From: Chiloscyllium plagiosum | Taxonomy: Eukaryota | Assembly (NCBI RefSeq): GCF_004010195.1 | Contig: NC_057718.1 | Span: forward strand, 2,248,458 to 2,312,457 | Direction: 5' to 3' | Length of the DNA stretch: 64,000 nt | In this document: one piece after another, positions 51,981 through 64,000 of the stretch | Layout of the letters: every line of letters begins with the position of its first letter | Numbering within the stretch: the first letter of the stretch is position 1 | Position numbers and translations under genes: made by a program | Notes under the pieces: model-generated | Database searches by the model: none | What the model saw: the letters and a program-made list of their open reading frames with translations, nothing else | Told to the model about the DNA's origin: nothing

Positions 51981-53149
51981 AAAATTATGCTGTCTGAGAA
52001 TCTTTGGTGAATTTCTGCAGTGCATCTTGTAGTTAGTACACACTGCAGCTACTGAGTGTCCATGGTAGAGGCAGTGGATATTTGTGGATGTGGGGAATTA
52101 GGAGGTGAGTTACTGCAGTATTCCTAGCTTCTGACCTGCTCTTGTAGCCATTGTGTTTATGTGGTGAGTCCAGTTGAGTTTATGGTCAATGTTAAACCCC
52201 AGGATGGTTATTGTGGAGAATTCAGTGATGGTAACACCATTGAATGTCAAGGGGCGGAGGTGGTTAGATTGTCTCTTGTTGGAGACTGTAATTTTAATTG
52301 TAAATGTGGAAAGGCATCTGACAATGCCTCATAATAAATTATCAGAAGTTGCACATTGTTATTTTTTATTTGAACCATTATGTAAAGGATTTTCACAGAT
52401 TATGAAGGCATAGTTTGGATATTTTTTAAAAATCATGAATTACATCAGCTCACATCATCAGAAAATGTCAAGGTATTTTTGACCTGGTTTAACTGCAGGG
52501 CCCCCAAGCTGTTAAAATGAGAAATTGCTGTGTGTGATGAGCTGACTTGTTAATAGCAAGCCCTCAGTGGCTGAGATCATTTCGATAAGCTGATTGCTGC
52601 TGGTTTACTGGAAGTGCAGGGAGAGGGAGGAGGAGGGAACAGGCTGCTGCCTATCAGCATGACACTCCCAGTCAGCTTCCCATTCAGTCCGAGAACAGGA
52701 GGATCGGGAAAAGCTAAGGCAGCTCTCCAACCAACCCGAGCTGCCTTTTAAGGAGGTGCTTTCTGAAGTGTTTGTAATTGGGTGGTTTCCCACAAGGCTT
52801 TCACACAGATTGTTCTTGCATTTCAGATGAATACAAGGGCAGGTTCTGAGTGAGCTTGTATTAACCCAGGATACAGTGCTGAGTGTGAGAACGTCTTGCA
52901 TTCGACAGCAGGACTGTGTTATTGTTTCTCACACTGAGATTCAGAGGGCAGCTGACTTCAACAGCCAATCAGCACAGCCAGCTTTATAGCTAGACCAGCG
53001 TTAAATGTGATCCCTTTGGAAGAAGGATCAAGTTCAGGGAATGGCAGCACACTGGGAAGCTCAGAGGGACAAAGGGATCTTCTTCACAAATCCCTGAAGG
53101 TGATTGGACAGGGTAATAGGGTTGTTTCAGAGGGCATATGTCTTTATAA

Positions 53150-53432
53150 GTCGAGATTGTGGTGCTGGAAAGGCACAACAGGTCAGGCAGCGTCTGAGAA
53201 GCAGGAGAGTCGACATTGCGGGCAAAAGCCCTTCATCAGTCCCCCCTTTCACCTACATGTCTTTATAAACCATGGTATAGATTATAAGCAGAGAAGAAAG
53301 TGAGGACTGCAGATGCTGGAGATCAGAATCGAGAGTGTGGTGTTGGAAAAGCACAGCAGGTCAGGCAGCATCTGAGGAGCAGGAGAATGCTGCGTGACGT
53401 GCAGTACTTTTCCAGCACCACACTCTCGACAT
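53150..53432. mobile_element. Two adjacent Penelope-derived short elements (family A)
   Basis: Arms gtgctggaaaggcac..caggtcaggcagc and gaaagtgaggactgcagatgctggagatc; duplicated flanks atgtctttataa and gattataag. Confidence 0.75.
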
Positions 53433-53951
53433 GGATTATAAGTGCCCTGACAGTGAGAGAAGAACCCACAGCTTAAGCCTCATAATCCTGAGTCTCTGGG
53501 ACTCCTCCTGACCAAGTGGTAGAGGCCGAGTCCTTGAATATCTGAAGGTGGAGGTGGGGGCCGGGGGAGAGGGGAGGGCGGGGAATGTGAAAGTCATCAG
53601 GGATAGGCAGCTGTTTGGATAATCAGATCCATCTTGAACTTATTGAATGGTAGAATAGGGTCAAGGGACCGAATGGCCAACTCCTGCTCCAAATGCGTTA
53701 TGTTCCCCTGTGATAAAGTGGCCGTGTTGTGGTTCAGCCCGCTGGTTGGGATTGAGCAGCAATGGCCCTTGCAGCTCTGGGTGGACACATTGCTATCCCT
53801 CCTCCGAGAGAAACAGAGACACAGCCAGGCAGGGTACTCAGGCCAGCACTACCCTCTCCCACAAAGCACTCATCAGTCAGTCCAGGGGGACGGAGAGGAA
53901 GAAATCAAAATGGAAATATTGAGGGAGGGGAGTGAATACAAATATAAATAG

Positions 53952-54555
53952 TGTTATGATCACTCCCTGAGTGAACTTTCCCAATTTCTTCAGAAGAGAC
54001 ACCTCAAATTGCTCAAGTCCCAGGTGAGGCGGGATGAATTGGCTCCACTTCTTCATTCACTCGGTCCTTTGGTTGATCATAATGAGATTTGGTTTTAAAC
54101 AGATCCCGTCTCACGTCGATCCCTTTCTCCCAGACTCAAGGAATTAACCGAGATTTCTTGAATTAACAACAAGAGTAAGTGTCATCATTACTGAAGGTGA
54201 GAACAATTAGAAAATCAACATAGATTTGAAATAACAGGCAGGTCCAGAAACATAATTGTAAAGAAAGCGAGCTACAAATCAGTTTCAGAATTGCTCAGGA
54301 TGAGTGGACATTTGAACGTTATAGTGGAAGTTATCAATTGCATTGACGTTGAGTTGCAGAGGTTTGGCCCTATTGGTTGATTGACATTCTTCTGTCCCAA
54401 TTCTTTTCATTAGTGGCTGACTAGCATCACTCAAAATGGGAGATGTCCTTTCTCTTTATTTTACATGCAGTGCAGGGGTGTTTAAATAGCTGTTCCCAGA
54501 GCTGTGACCCTCAAACACACTTGAGCACACATATAAGGAAGTCAGGTTACTAACA
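53952..54555. mobile_element. Possible solo LTR
   Basis: TGTTA...TAACA ends around about 600 bp of non-coding sequence; no matching TSD seen. Confidence 0.35.
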
Positions 54556-55902
54556 CACACAGACCAGAGAGAAAACTCACGCTTAACCACTGTTCCCATT
54601 CATTTTTGAGCAACTGTTGTACTGGACACAAAATATTAGCTTTCTCTCTCTCTCTCTGTCTCCTCCACAGTTCATAGATGCTGCTGGACTTGTTGAGTTT
54701 CTCCAGCATTCTCTGTGTTTGTTTTCAATTACCTGGGACTGGGAGCTGAGGGAAAAAGTTCAGATTGAGTTCTGCTGAAACCAGTCTCTGCATGTCATGC
54801 AAATAACTTTGGAAACAGATACGTTTCTAGATTATTAGAATTGCAAATTATACAATGTAGATAATTCTTGGGTTGCAAAGGATTGACTTTATGACATCTT
54901 GGAATTCCAAAATCAAAAGGTCAAAAAGAACTGGGGATTGTCTGCTGTTTATAAAAGTCGGCTGTGGAGAATATAAGTTGATACTTTAAAAGAGAGATGA
55001 GATCATCTTCATGATACTTATTGCGAGACAAACAGGGTTTCAGTACAGAGCTAGTGCTGTGTGTTGCCTAGCAACAGCCTCTGTACTTTTGATTTCAGTT
55101 TTCCCAGAGACTTAAACAACAGAGAATGATCACCAAGCTAAAACACGAAAACTCTGTCTGTTCTGAAAAATGGGAGTTTAAAGAAAGCTGACAGTTGCTG
55201 AAGAGGTTTGCAAGGAAAGTAGCTGTCTCTTTCTCTCTTTTGTTCTCAGTGAGTAAAAGAGAACCCTTAAGGAAACCCAGCTGAGGAGATATCTGGGGAA
55301 TAGTTTCTGGGAATCAGAGAAATTTCTAGAAATCAGAATCTCTGTTCTTCTCATGGACTGTGAAAAGTGACGTGTTAACTCAATCCAAAGACCTGGGTCA
55401 AACTGATCTTCTACCTAAACTGGTCTGTCTGACAACAATTGGATATTAATGATAGGACATCAAAGGAACTGTGAGAAGTCATCCCATTCTGTATTCTGCA
55501 CTTGAACCATTGACCTACCGAAACATTTTCCTTTATTACCTATTTTCGTCTGGTTCTGTAAGTTCCTGTTTGTTTGTGCTTCTTATAATGGGCGGGGGTG
55601 CACGAACGAGGGCAGTGGTATACTTTAATTCTACAAAGTGATAACTGATTTGCCACTTATTGTGAAAATATATTTTCCATTTAATAAACATACTATATTT
55701 GAGTTTATTGTTATAAGTTGGTAAATGTCTTTTTTTTCTAGTTAACAGGAATAAAGGGAAACAAATTGGCCATTTTCAGTAATTAGATAAAACACTTCCA
55801 CTTTTGTTCTGACTTGTGGCACAGTGAGATTCCAGCACGGCCCTCCTATCAGAGTTGTCCTGATTGATGATAAATGCTCTTCAGTGTACTCCAGCCTGTT
55901 TT

Positions 55903-58900
55903 CATAGAACATACATAGAACATAGAACAGTACAGCACAAAACAGGCCCTTCCGCCCACAAGGTTGTGCCGTCCATTGATCCTCATGTGAGGTAAACCTA
56001 ATGTATGAACCCTCAAATTTCTGTGGCCATATGCATGTCCAGCAGTCTCTTAAATATCCCCAATGACCTCGCTTCCACAACTGCTGCTGGCAACGCATTC
56101 CATGCTCTCACAACTCTGCATAAAGAACCCGCCTCTGACATCCCCTCTATACTTCTCCGCCAAACAGCTTAAAACTATGACCCCTTGTGTTAACAATTTC
56201 TGCCCTGGGAAAAAGTCTCTGGCTATCAACTCTGTCTATGCCTCTCATTATCTTGTACACCTTAATTAGGGCCCCTCTCTTCCTTCTTTTTTCCAATGAA
56301 AAAAGTCTGAGCTCAGACAACCTCTTTTCATAAGATAAGCCCTCCAGTCCAGGCAGCATCCTGATAAACCTCCTCTGAACCCTCTCCAAAACATCCACAT
56401 CTTTCCTATAATAGGGTGACCAGAACTGGACACAGTATTCCAAGTGCAGTCTAACCAAAGTTTTATAGAGCTGCAACAAGATCTCATGGCTCTTAAACTC
56501 AATCCCCCTGTTAATAAAAGCCAAAACACCATATGCTTTCTTAACAACCCTGTCCACTTGGGTGGCAATTTTAAGGGATCTATGTACCTGTACACCAAGA
56601 TCTCTCTGTTCCTCCACAGTGCCAAGAATCCTGTCTTTAATCCTACATTCAGCAATCGAATTCGACTTTCCAAAATGCATCACTTCGCATTTATCCAGGT
56701 TGAACTCCATCTGCCACCTCTCAGCCCATCTCTGTATCCTGTCAATGTCCCGCTGCAGCCTACAACAGCCCTCTATACTGTCAACGACACCTCCAACCTT
56801 TGTGTTGTCTGCAAACTTGCTAACCCATCCTTCAATCTCCTCATCCAAGTCATTAATAAAAATTATAAACAGTAGAGGCCCAAGGACAGAGCATTGTGGA
56901 ACATCACTCACCACTGACTTTCAGGCAGAATACTTTCCTTCCACGACCACGCGCTGTCTTCTGTCGACCAGCCAATTCTGTATCCAGACAGCTAAGTTCC
57001 CCTGTATCCCATTCCTCTGACCTTCTGAACCAGCCTACCATAGGGAACTTTATCAAGTGCCTTGCTGAAGTCCATATACACCACATCCACAACTCGACCC
57101 TCATCAACATTTCTCGTCACATCTTCAAAGAACTCAATAAGGTTTGTGAGGCATGACCTGCCCCTCACAAAACCGTGTTGACTGTATTTAATCAAGCCAT
57201 GATCTTCCAGATGGTCATAAATCCTATCCCTCAGAATCCTTTCTAACACCTTGCAGACGACAGACGTGAGACTGACGGGTCTGTAATTGCCGGGGATTTC
57301 CCTATTTCCTTTCTTGAAGAGAGGAATTACATTTGCCTCTCTCCAGTCCTCAGGTACGACTCCGGTGGAAAGCGACGGTGCAAAGATCATCACAAGTGGC
57401 GAAGCAATCACATTTCTCACTTCCCAAAGCAGCCGAGGACAAATCTGGTCCGGGCCTGGCGACTTGTCAATCTTAATGTTTGTCAAAATTTTCAGCACAT
57501 CAGCTTCCTCAATCTCTTATCTGTTCCAGCATGCTTACCTGCACCTCAATGGTTTCATTCACTACAAGTACCTTTTCTTTATTAAAGACAGAAGCAAAAA
57601 AACCATTTAGGGCTTCCCCTACCTCCTCAGACTCCACACACAAGTTCCCTATTCTATCCCTGATCGGCCCTACTCTTTCTTTGACCATTCTCTTATTCCT
57701 CACATACGTGTAAAATGCCTTTGGATTCTCCCTAATCCTTCCTGCCAAGCCTTTCTCGTGCCCCCTCCTGGCTCTCATTTTTGAGCTCCTTCATCACCTG
57801 CCTGTAATCCTCTAGAGCTGAGCAAGACCCTTGCTTCCTCCACCTTACGTGGGCTGGCTTCTTCCTTTTGACGAGAAGCTCCTCCGCTCTCGTCATCCAA
57901 GGTTCCTTTATCTTACCCCTTCTTGCCTGTCTCAGAGGGACANNNNNNNNNNNNNNNNNNNNNNNNNNNNNNNNNNNNNNNNNNNNNNNNNNNNNNNNNN
58001 NNNNNNNNNNNNNNNNNNNNNNNNNNNNNNNNNNNNNNNNNNNNNNNNNNNNNNNNNNNNNNNNNNNNNNNNNNNNNNNNNNNNNNNNNNNNNNNNNNNN
58101 NNNNNNNNNNNNNNNNNNNNNNNNNNNNNNNNNNNNNNNNNNNNNNNNNNNNNNNNNNNNNNNNNNNNNNNNNNNNNNNNNNNNNNNNNNNNNNNNNNNN
58201 NNNNNNNNNNNNNNNNNNNNNNNNNNNNNNNNNNNNNNNNNNNNNNNNNNNNNNNNNNNNNNNNNNNNNNNNNNNNNNNNNNNNNNNNNNNNNNNNNNNN
58301 NNNNNNNNNNNNNNNNNNNNNNNNNNNNNNNNNNNNNNNNNNNNNNNNNNNNNNNNNNNNNNNNNNNNNNNNNNNNNNNNNNNNNNNNNNNNNNNNNNNN
58401 NNNNNNNNNNNNNNNNNNNNNNNNNNNNNNNNNNNNNNNNNNNNNNNNNNNNNNNNNNNNNNNNNNNNNNNNNNNNNNNNNNNNNNNNNNNNNNNNNNNN
58501 NNNNNNNNNNNNNNNNNNNNNNNNNNNNNNNNNNNNNNNNNNNNNNNNNNNNNNNNNNNNNNNNNNNNNNNNNNNNNNNNNNNNNNNNNNNNNNNNNNNN
58601 NNNNNNNNNNNNNNNNNNNNNNNNNNNNNNNNNNNNNNNNNNNNNNNNNNNNNNNNNNNNNNNNNNNNNNNNNNNNNNNNNNNNNNNNNNNNNNNNNNNN
58701 NNNNNNNNNNNNNNNNNNNNNNNNNNNNNNNNNNNNCGCCTCGCTATCTCGTGGCACCGGTAGTAAACTAGAGAAAACTACTCTGTTCGTCCTGCTCTGC
58801 AGCTTCCATCCTAACTCCCTGAAATCACTTTTTATATCCTCGATCCTTTTCCTGGCTATATCATTAGTGCCAATATGTAACACGATTTCTGGCTGTTCGC

Positions 58901-59520
58901 CCTCCCCTTTTAGAACCTTATACACCCGATCGGAGACATCCCAGACCCTGGCACCAGGGAGGCAACATACCTTCCGGGAATCCCGATCCTGACCACAAAA
59001 TCTCCTGTCGATTCCCCTAACTATTGAGTCCTCTACCACTAGCGCTTTTCTATTCTGCCCCCTTCCCTTCTGGGCCACAGTGTCAGGCTCACTGCCAGAG
59101 AACTGACCACTATGGCTTTCCTCTGGTAGGTCTTCCCCCCCCAGCAGTATCCAAAACGATATACTTGTTGCTGAGGGGAATGCCCACAGAGTATCTCTGC
59201 ACTGTCCATCTGTCCCCTTTTCCTCCCCCTAACTGTAACCCATCTCTCCTTATCCTGAGCCTCAGGAGTGACCAACTGCCGGTAACTCCTCTCAATTACC
59301 CCCTCAGCCTCCCGAATGATCCGCAGTTCATCCAGCTCCAGCTCCAATTCCCTAACACGGTTTTCAAGGAACTGGAGTTGGCTGCACTTCCCGCAGATGT
59401 AGCCAGCGGAGACATGTGTCATGTCTCTCACCTGCCACATTCTGCAGGAGGAGCAAGCAACTGCCCTAGCATCCATACCCCACTTATCTGAACGCCCTCG
59501 CAATACTAAACAAGAAAGCT
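55903..59520 (-). mobile_element. Near-full-length CR1 LINE (ORF1 zinc finger + coiled coil + SGNH esterase; ORF2 RT; endonuclease mostly in the gap)
   Basis: ORF1 from 59476: MDARAVACSSCRMW..CGKC, LENRVRELELELDEL, VVEDSIVRG, CLPGAR, LHIGTNDI. ORF2: KSPGPD, NYRPVSLTS, MDFSKA, KFADNTK. (ATAGAAC)n tail. Several frameshifts. Confidence 0.95.
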
Positions 59521-59615
59521 TAATTCAATTGCTATAAAATCAAACTCATCTGTCAAAACAGGCTGAATCCAGGTGTGATATTGATACAATTTTATTGATA
59601 TATTCTTGATACATT

Positions 59616-59750
59616 GTGTAGGTTAGGTGCTTTAGGCAGGGATAAATATAGGGTAGGGGAAATGGGTCTGGGTGGGTTACTCTTTGGAGGGTTGGTGTGG
59701 ACTTGTTGGGCCGAAGGGCCTGTTTCCACACTGTCAAGATTCTATGATTC
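59616..59750 (+). mobile_element. HE1-type SINE 3' fragment
   Basis: gggtctgggtgggtt...gttgggccgaagggcctgtttccacactg. Confidence 0.8.
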
Positions 59751-59814
59751 ATATTTCAGACCTGGTAAATCATTAGTGCCTTTGTTCTGTTGCTGATCCA
59801 TTTGGACTTTGCAG

Positions 59815-59922
59815 AGATTGGTCGTTTCCATGAATTCAATGGAGGCGTTGTAAGAAGTGAAAGAGACCATTGCCTACTGAAGCGTTGGACACAGCTTAAA
59901 CCCGTGGCGGTGATGGATTTGC
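59815..59922 (+). other. Putative 108-nt exon
   Basis: Acceptor ggactttgcag| and donor |GTAAGT; open in phase 1-1 (IGRFHEFNGGVVRSERDHCLLKRWTQLKPVAVMDL); product not recognised. Confidence 0.4.
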
Positions 59923-60576
59923 GTAAGTACAGACTTTGTTAGAATCAGACACCGTTTCCTCCCATTGTCATGATTATTTGATCTTGTATTTCCTACATCA
60001 CAGCAGTGACCTACACATTCAAACTATTGGCTGTTGAACAGCTTGGAGAGGACATCCTGAGATTATGAAAGGTGATTATAAAACAAAAAGCAATTCATTT
60101 CTTCACAAAACCGTTGAAGTTAAAAAGGGAAACTGATCAATAGCAGTCGTCTTAAGCACAGAAGTCCATCAGAACTTTGATTAATGATAATGAACAAGAT
60201 GTTCGAAAGGACACAAGGAAAACCGCTATCAACTTACAAACTAAATCTCAGCCCGATAGTTGGTGCTTCAGGCTTTGATCTGATTTCATCTATTCCTGGT
60301 AAAGGCAAAAAGCTCAGGTGGGTTCCTACCTGGGGAGAGGCCAGGCATGTTAATCAGCTGGGGAGAAAGTTAATGAATGTTTCTTACAGGGAGAGAAATC
60401 ATCAAGGAATCCTTTCCAGACCATTTCAGGAAATTCACCACAATACACTGATTGTCTCCCTGGGAAAGGTGGATCAGAGCTTGTACCAGAGCCCAAGATT
60501 CAATGAGCTTGCTGCTTCCCAAATATTTTCCCACTGAGGGCACAGTTCAAAATGAGGAAGGTGTTTTGAAATTCCA

Positions 60577-61475
60577 GTGATCATTGGAGGTCAGTCATCT
60601 CAGCTCCAGGGCATCTCTGAAGGAGTTCCTCAGAGGAGTGTCCTAGGCCCAACCATCTTCAGCTGCTTCATCAATGACCTTCCCTCCATCATAAGGTCAG
60701 AGGTTGGGATGTTCGCCGATGATTGCACAATGCTCAGCACCATTCATGACTCTTCAGATACTGAGCAGTCCATGTTCAATTGCAACAAGGAGAAAGCGAG
60801 GACTGCAGATGCTGGAGATCAGAGTCAAAATGTGTGATATTGGAGAAGCACAGCAGGTCAGGCAGCATCCGAGGAGCATTTCAGGCATGAATCCTTCATC
60901 AGGAATGCAACAAGGTCCGGATAATATCTGGGAGCTTGACTGAAAAGTGACAAGTAACAAATATTCACACCACACAAATGCCAGGCAATGACTATCTCCA
61001 ACAAGAGAGAATCTAAACATTTCATCATGGACACCATCCACGGACAAAGCAGCCGCTTGATTGGTATCATATCTACAAACATCCACACCCTCCACTACCG
61101 ATGCTCAGTAGCAGCAGTGTGTACTATCTACGAGATGCACTGCAGAAACACATCAAAGATCCTCAGACAGCACCTTCCAAACTCACGACCACTTCCATCT
61201 GAAGGACAAGGGCAGCAGGTACATGGGAACACCATCCCCTACAAGATCCCCTCTGAGACACTCACCATCCCGATGTGGAAACATATTGCCGTTCCTTCAC
61301 TGCCACTGGGTCAAAATCCTGGAATTCCTCTCTAAGAGCATTGGGTGTCAACCTGCAGCACCTGGACTGCAGTGGTTCAAGAAGACAGCTCACTCCCACC
61401 TTCTCAAGGGCCAACTAGGGACGGGCAATAAATGTTGGGCCAGCCAGTGAAACCCACCTCCTGCGAATGAATTCA
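60577..61475 (+). mobile_element. CR1-clade LINE RT to 3' end with a Penelope-derived insert (60791-60905)
   Basis: GVPQRSVLGPTIFSCFINDLP..MFADD motif; insert flanked by TGCAACAAGG at 60781-60790 and 60906-60915. Confidence 0.85.
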
Positions 61476-62049
61476 GAAAAAGAAACTGGAGCAGATGCAA
61501 GGAGGTTCTGGGACACTGGGCCGGCACAGAAAGACTCTAACAGAAACAAGTAGCCTTGGAGATTTAACAGGCTTATTAAATCAACCTGAAATCATAAATT
61601 TCAATATCTGGTATAATAGGAAATGAAATGGACTGTAAATATGGGCAGCTCAGAGCCAACAATCCATTTTAATGGTGTCTATCAGCTGGGTGATCCATGA
61701 GTCTTCATTCTCTCCGATCATTTGAAGTCTTCAGGCATTTGCAGAGGGTTCTCTAAACAGAACTGATCTGATTCACTCTGCCAAACCTGATGCAGTAGTG
61801 AGCTGTCACTACCACTTTCTGAGATCATCATCATTACTTCACTCAAATCATTGTGGAATTCACTCCCCCAGAGTGTAGGAGGTGCTAGGGTATTAAATAA
61901 TTTTAAGGAGGAGATAGACAGATTTTTACTTAGTACTGAAGGATTATAGTGAGCAGGAAAGTGGAGTTGAAGCTGAGATGTGATGAGCCATGATTGTATT
62001 AAATAACAGAACAAGCTCGAGGGACTGAATGGCCCACTGCTGCCCCTAT

Positions 62050-64000
62050 ATCTACATGGATTGAGCAGGGACAGGAATGGTTGATTCAAGTCCTGGGGCT
62101 TAGGTGTTTCAGTAAGAATAGGGAAGATGGTTAAAAAAAAGGGGAAGATGTGGCTTTGTTAGTCAAGGACAGTATTACGGTGACAGAAAAGACATTTGAT
62201 GAGGACTTGTCGGCTGAGGTTAAAAAGGAGTTGTCATCCTGTTGGAAGTCTTCTGAAAAGTTCCAGAGATGTAGAGGAAAGGATTGCAAAAATGATTCTG
62301 GATAGGAGCGAAAGTAATATTGACTGAAATGCTATACTTTGAGTATCTTATGTGGGTCAGTTTTTGTCCAATGTGTGCAGAATGGTTTCCTGACACAGTA
62401 TGTAGACAGGCCAACAAGGGGCGAAGCCACATTGGATTTGATACTGAGTAACAAACCAGGCCAGGGGTAGAATTGGAGGTAGGTGAGCACTTTGGTGATA
62501 GTGACCACAATTCGGTTATGTTTACTTTAACAATGGAAAGGGATAAGTATATACCACAAGCACAAGAGTTATTGCGGGGCGAAAGGCAATTATGATGTGA
62601 TTAGGTAAGATTTAGGATGAGGAAGGAAACTGCAAGGGCTGGGCACAACTGAAATGTGGCGATTATTCAAGGAGCAGCTACTGCATGTCCTCGATAAGTA
62701 AGTACCTGTCAGACAGGGGGAGGAAGTGGCTGAGCGAGAGAGCCATGGTTTACTAAAGAAGCTGAATCTCTTGTCAAGAGGAAGAAGGAGGCCTGTGTTA
62801 GGATGAGACGTGAAGGCTCAGTTCGGGCGCTTGAGAGTTACAAGATAGCCAGGAAGGACCTAAAGAAAGAGCTAAGAAGAGCCAGGAGGGGACATGAGAA
62901 GTCGTTGGCAGGTAGGTCCAAGGAAAACCTATAGGTTTTCTATAAGCTTTCTATAGGTATGTCAGGAACAAAAGAATGCCTAGAGTAAGATTGGGGTGGC
63001 ATGGTGGCTCAGTGGTTAGGACTGCCTCTGTCAGTGTGGAGTTTGCATGTTTTCCCCGTGTCTGTGTGGGTTTCCTCCGGGTGCTCTGGTTTCCTCCCAC
63101 AATCCAAAGATGTGCAGGTTGGGTGAATTGACCATGCTAAATTGCCCATAGTGTTAGGTACATTAGTCAGGGGTAAATATAGGGTAAGGGAATGGGTCTG
63201 CGTGGGTTACCCTTCAGAGGGTCAGTGTGGACCTGTTGGGCCAAAAGGCCTGTTTCCATGGTGTAGGGAGTCTAATCTAAAAAAACATTAGGGCCACTTA
63301 AGGACATTAGTAGGAAGTTGTACGTGGAGTCCAAAGAGATAGGAGAGACGCTAAATGAATATTTTTCATCAGTACTCACACAGGAAAAAGACAGTGTTAT
63401 CGAGAAGAATACTGAGATGCAGGCTATTGACTAGATGGGATTGAGGTTAATAAGAAGGATGCGTTAGCAATTCTGGAGAGTGTGAAAAGTCCGCTGGGCT
63501 GGATGGGATTTATCCTCGGATTCTCTGGGAAGCTAGGGAGGAGATTGCCGAGCCTTTGGCTTTGATCTTTATGTCATCATTTTCCACAGGAATAGTGCCA
63601 GAAGACTGGAGGATAGCAAATGTTGTCCCCGTGTTCAAGAAGGGGAGTAGAGACAACCCTGGGAATTATGGACCAGTGAGGCTTACTTTGGTTGTGGGTA
63701 AAGTGTTGGAAAAGGTTATAAGCATTAGGATTTATACTAATCTAGAAAGTTATAATTTGATTAGAGATAATCAACATAGTTTTGTGAAGGGTAGGTCATG
63801 CCTCACAAACCTTATTGAGGTCTTTGAGAAGGTGACCAAACAGAGGGTAAAGCAGTTGGTGTGGTGTATATGGATTTCACTAAGGCATTTGATAAGGTTC
63901 CGCACGTTAGGCTATTGTACAAAATACAGAGGCATGGGATTGAGGGTGATTTAGTGTTTGGATCAGAAATTGGCTAGCTGAAAGAAGACAGAGGGTGGTG
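62050..64000 (+). mobile_element. CR1 ORF2 (endonuclease end to RT), degraded, running off the window
   Basis: SDH motif, VPEDWRIANVVPVFKKG..NYGPV and SCLTNLIE. Confidence 0.9.
62993..63280 (+). mobile_element. HE1-type V-SINE inserted in CR1
   Basis: ggtggctcagtggttag head, V core and taatctaa tail. Confidence 0.85.

Noticed and set aside
57732..59078. Long ORFs crossing the gap
   Set aside because: Artefacts of translating Ns; the flanks are CR1 ORF1 and ORF2.
60184..60537. 117-aa ORF
   Set aside because: No recognisable domain, and splicing from the 59815-59922 exon into its internal acceptor hits a stop after about 20 codons.

Overview
Eukaryotic, repeat-saturated vertebrate DNA with three assembly gaps (6442-6579, 33718-34355, 57943-58736). 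The repeat complement points to a cartilaginous fish, probably a shark (inference): HE1-type V-SINEs with (TAATC)n tails, abundant CR1 LINEs, Penelope remnants, Rex1/Babar and L1. I cannot recognise any intact host protein-coding gene, and almost all ORF-track entries are transposon fragments or their antisense frames. Main contents: many CR1 fragments including one near-full-length copy (55903-59520, minus); a 5'-intact but 3'-truncated L1 (43758-47890); a Rex1/Babar RT fragment; an ERV integrase remnant; solo-LTR-like segments; tRNA-derived SINEs; and a 1.7-kb minisatellite containing TTAGGG/TCAGGG hexamers. The most notable structures are (i) over a dozen short Penelope-derived elements, often fold-back, several with 10-16-bp target duplications and minimal hammerhead ribozyme cores, (ii) a 274-bp TGT...ACA element with 46-47-bp inverted ends and a 5-bp TSD, and (iii) a candidate bidirectional promoter near 22.5-22.9 kb with putative spliced, mostly non-coding exons on both strands. 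Boundaries of old repeats are approximate and family names come from recognition by eye, not database searches.
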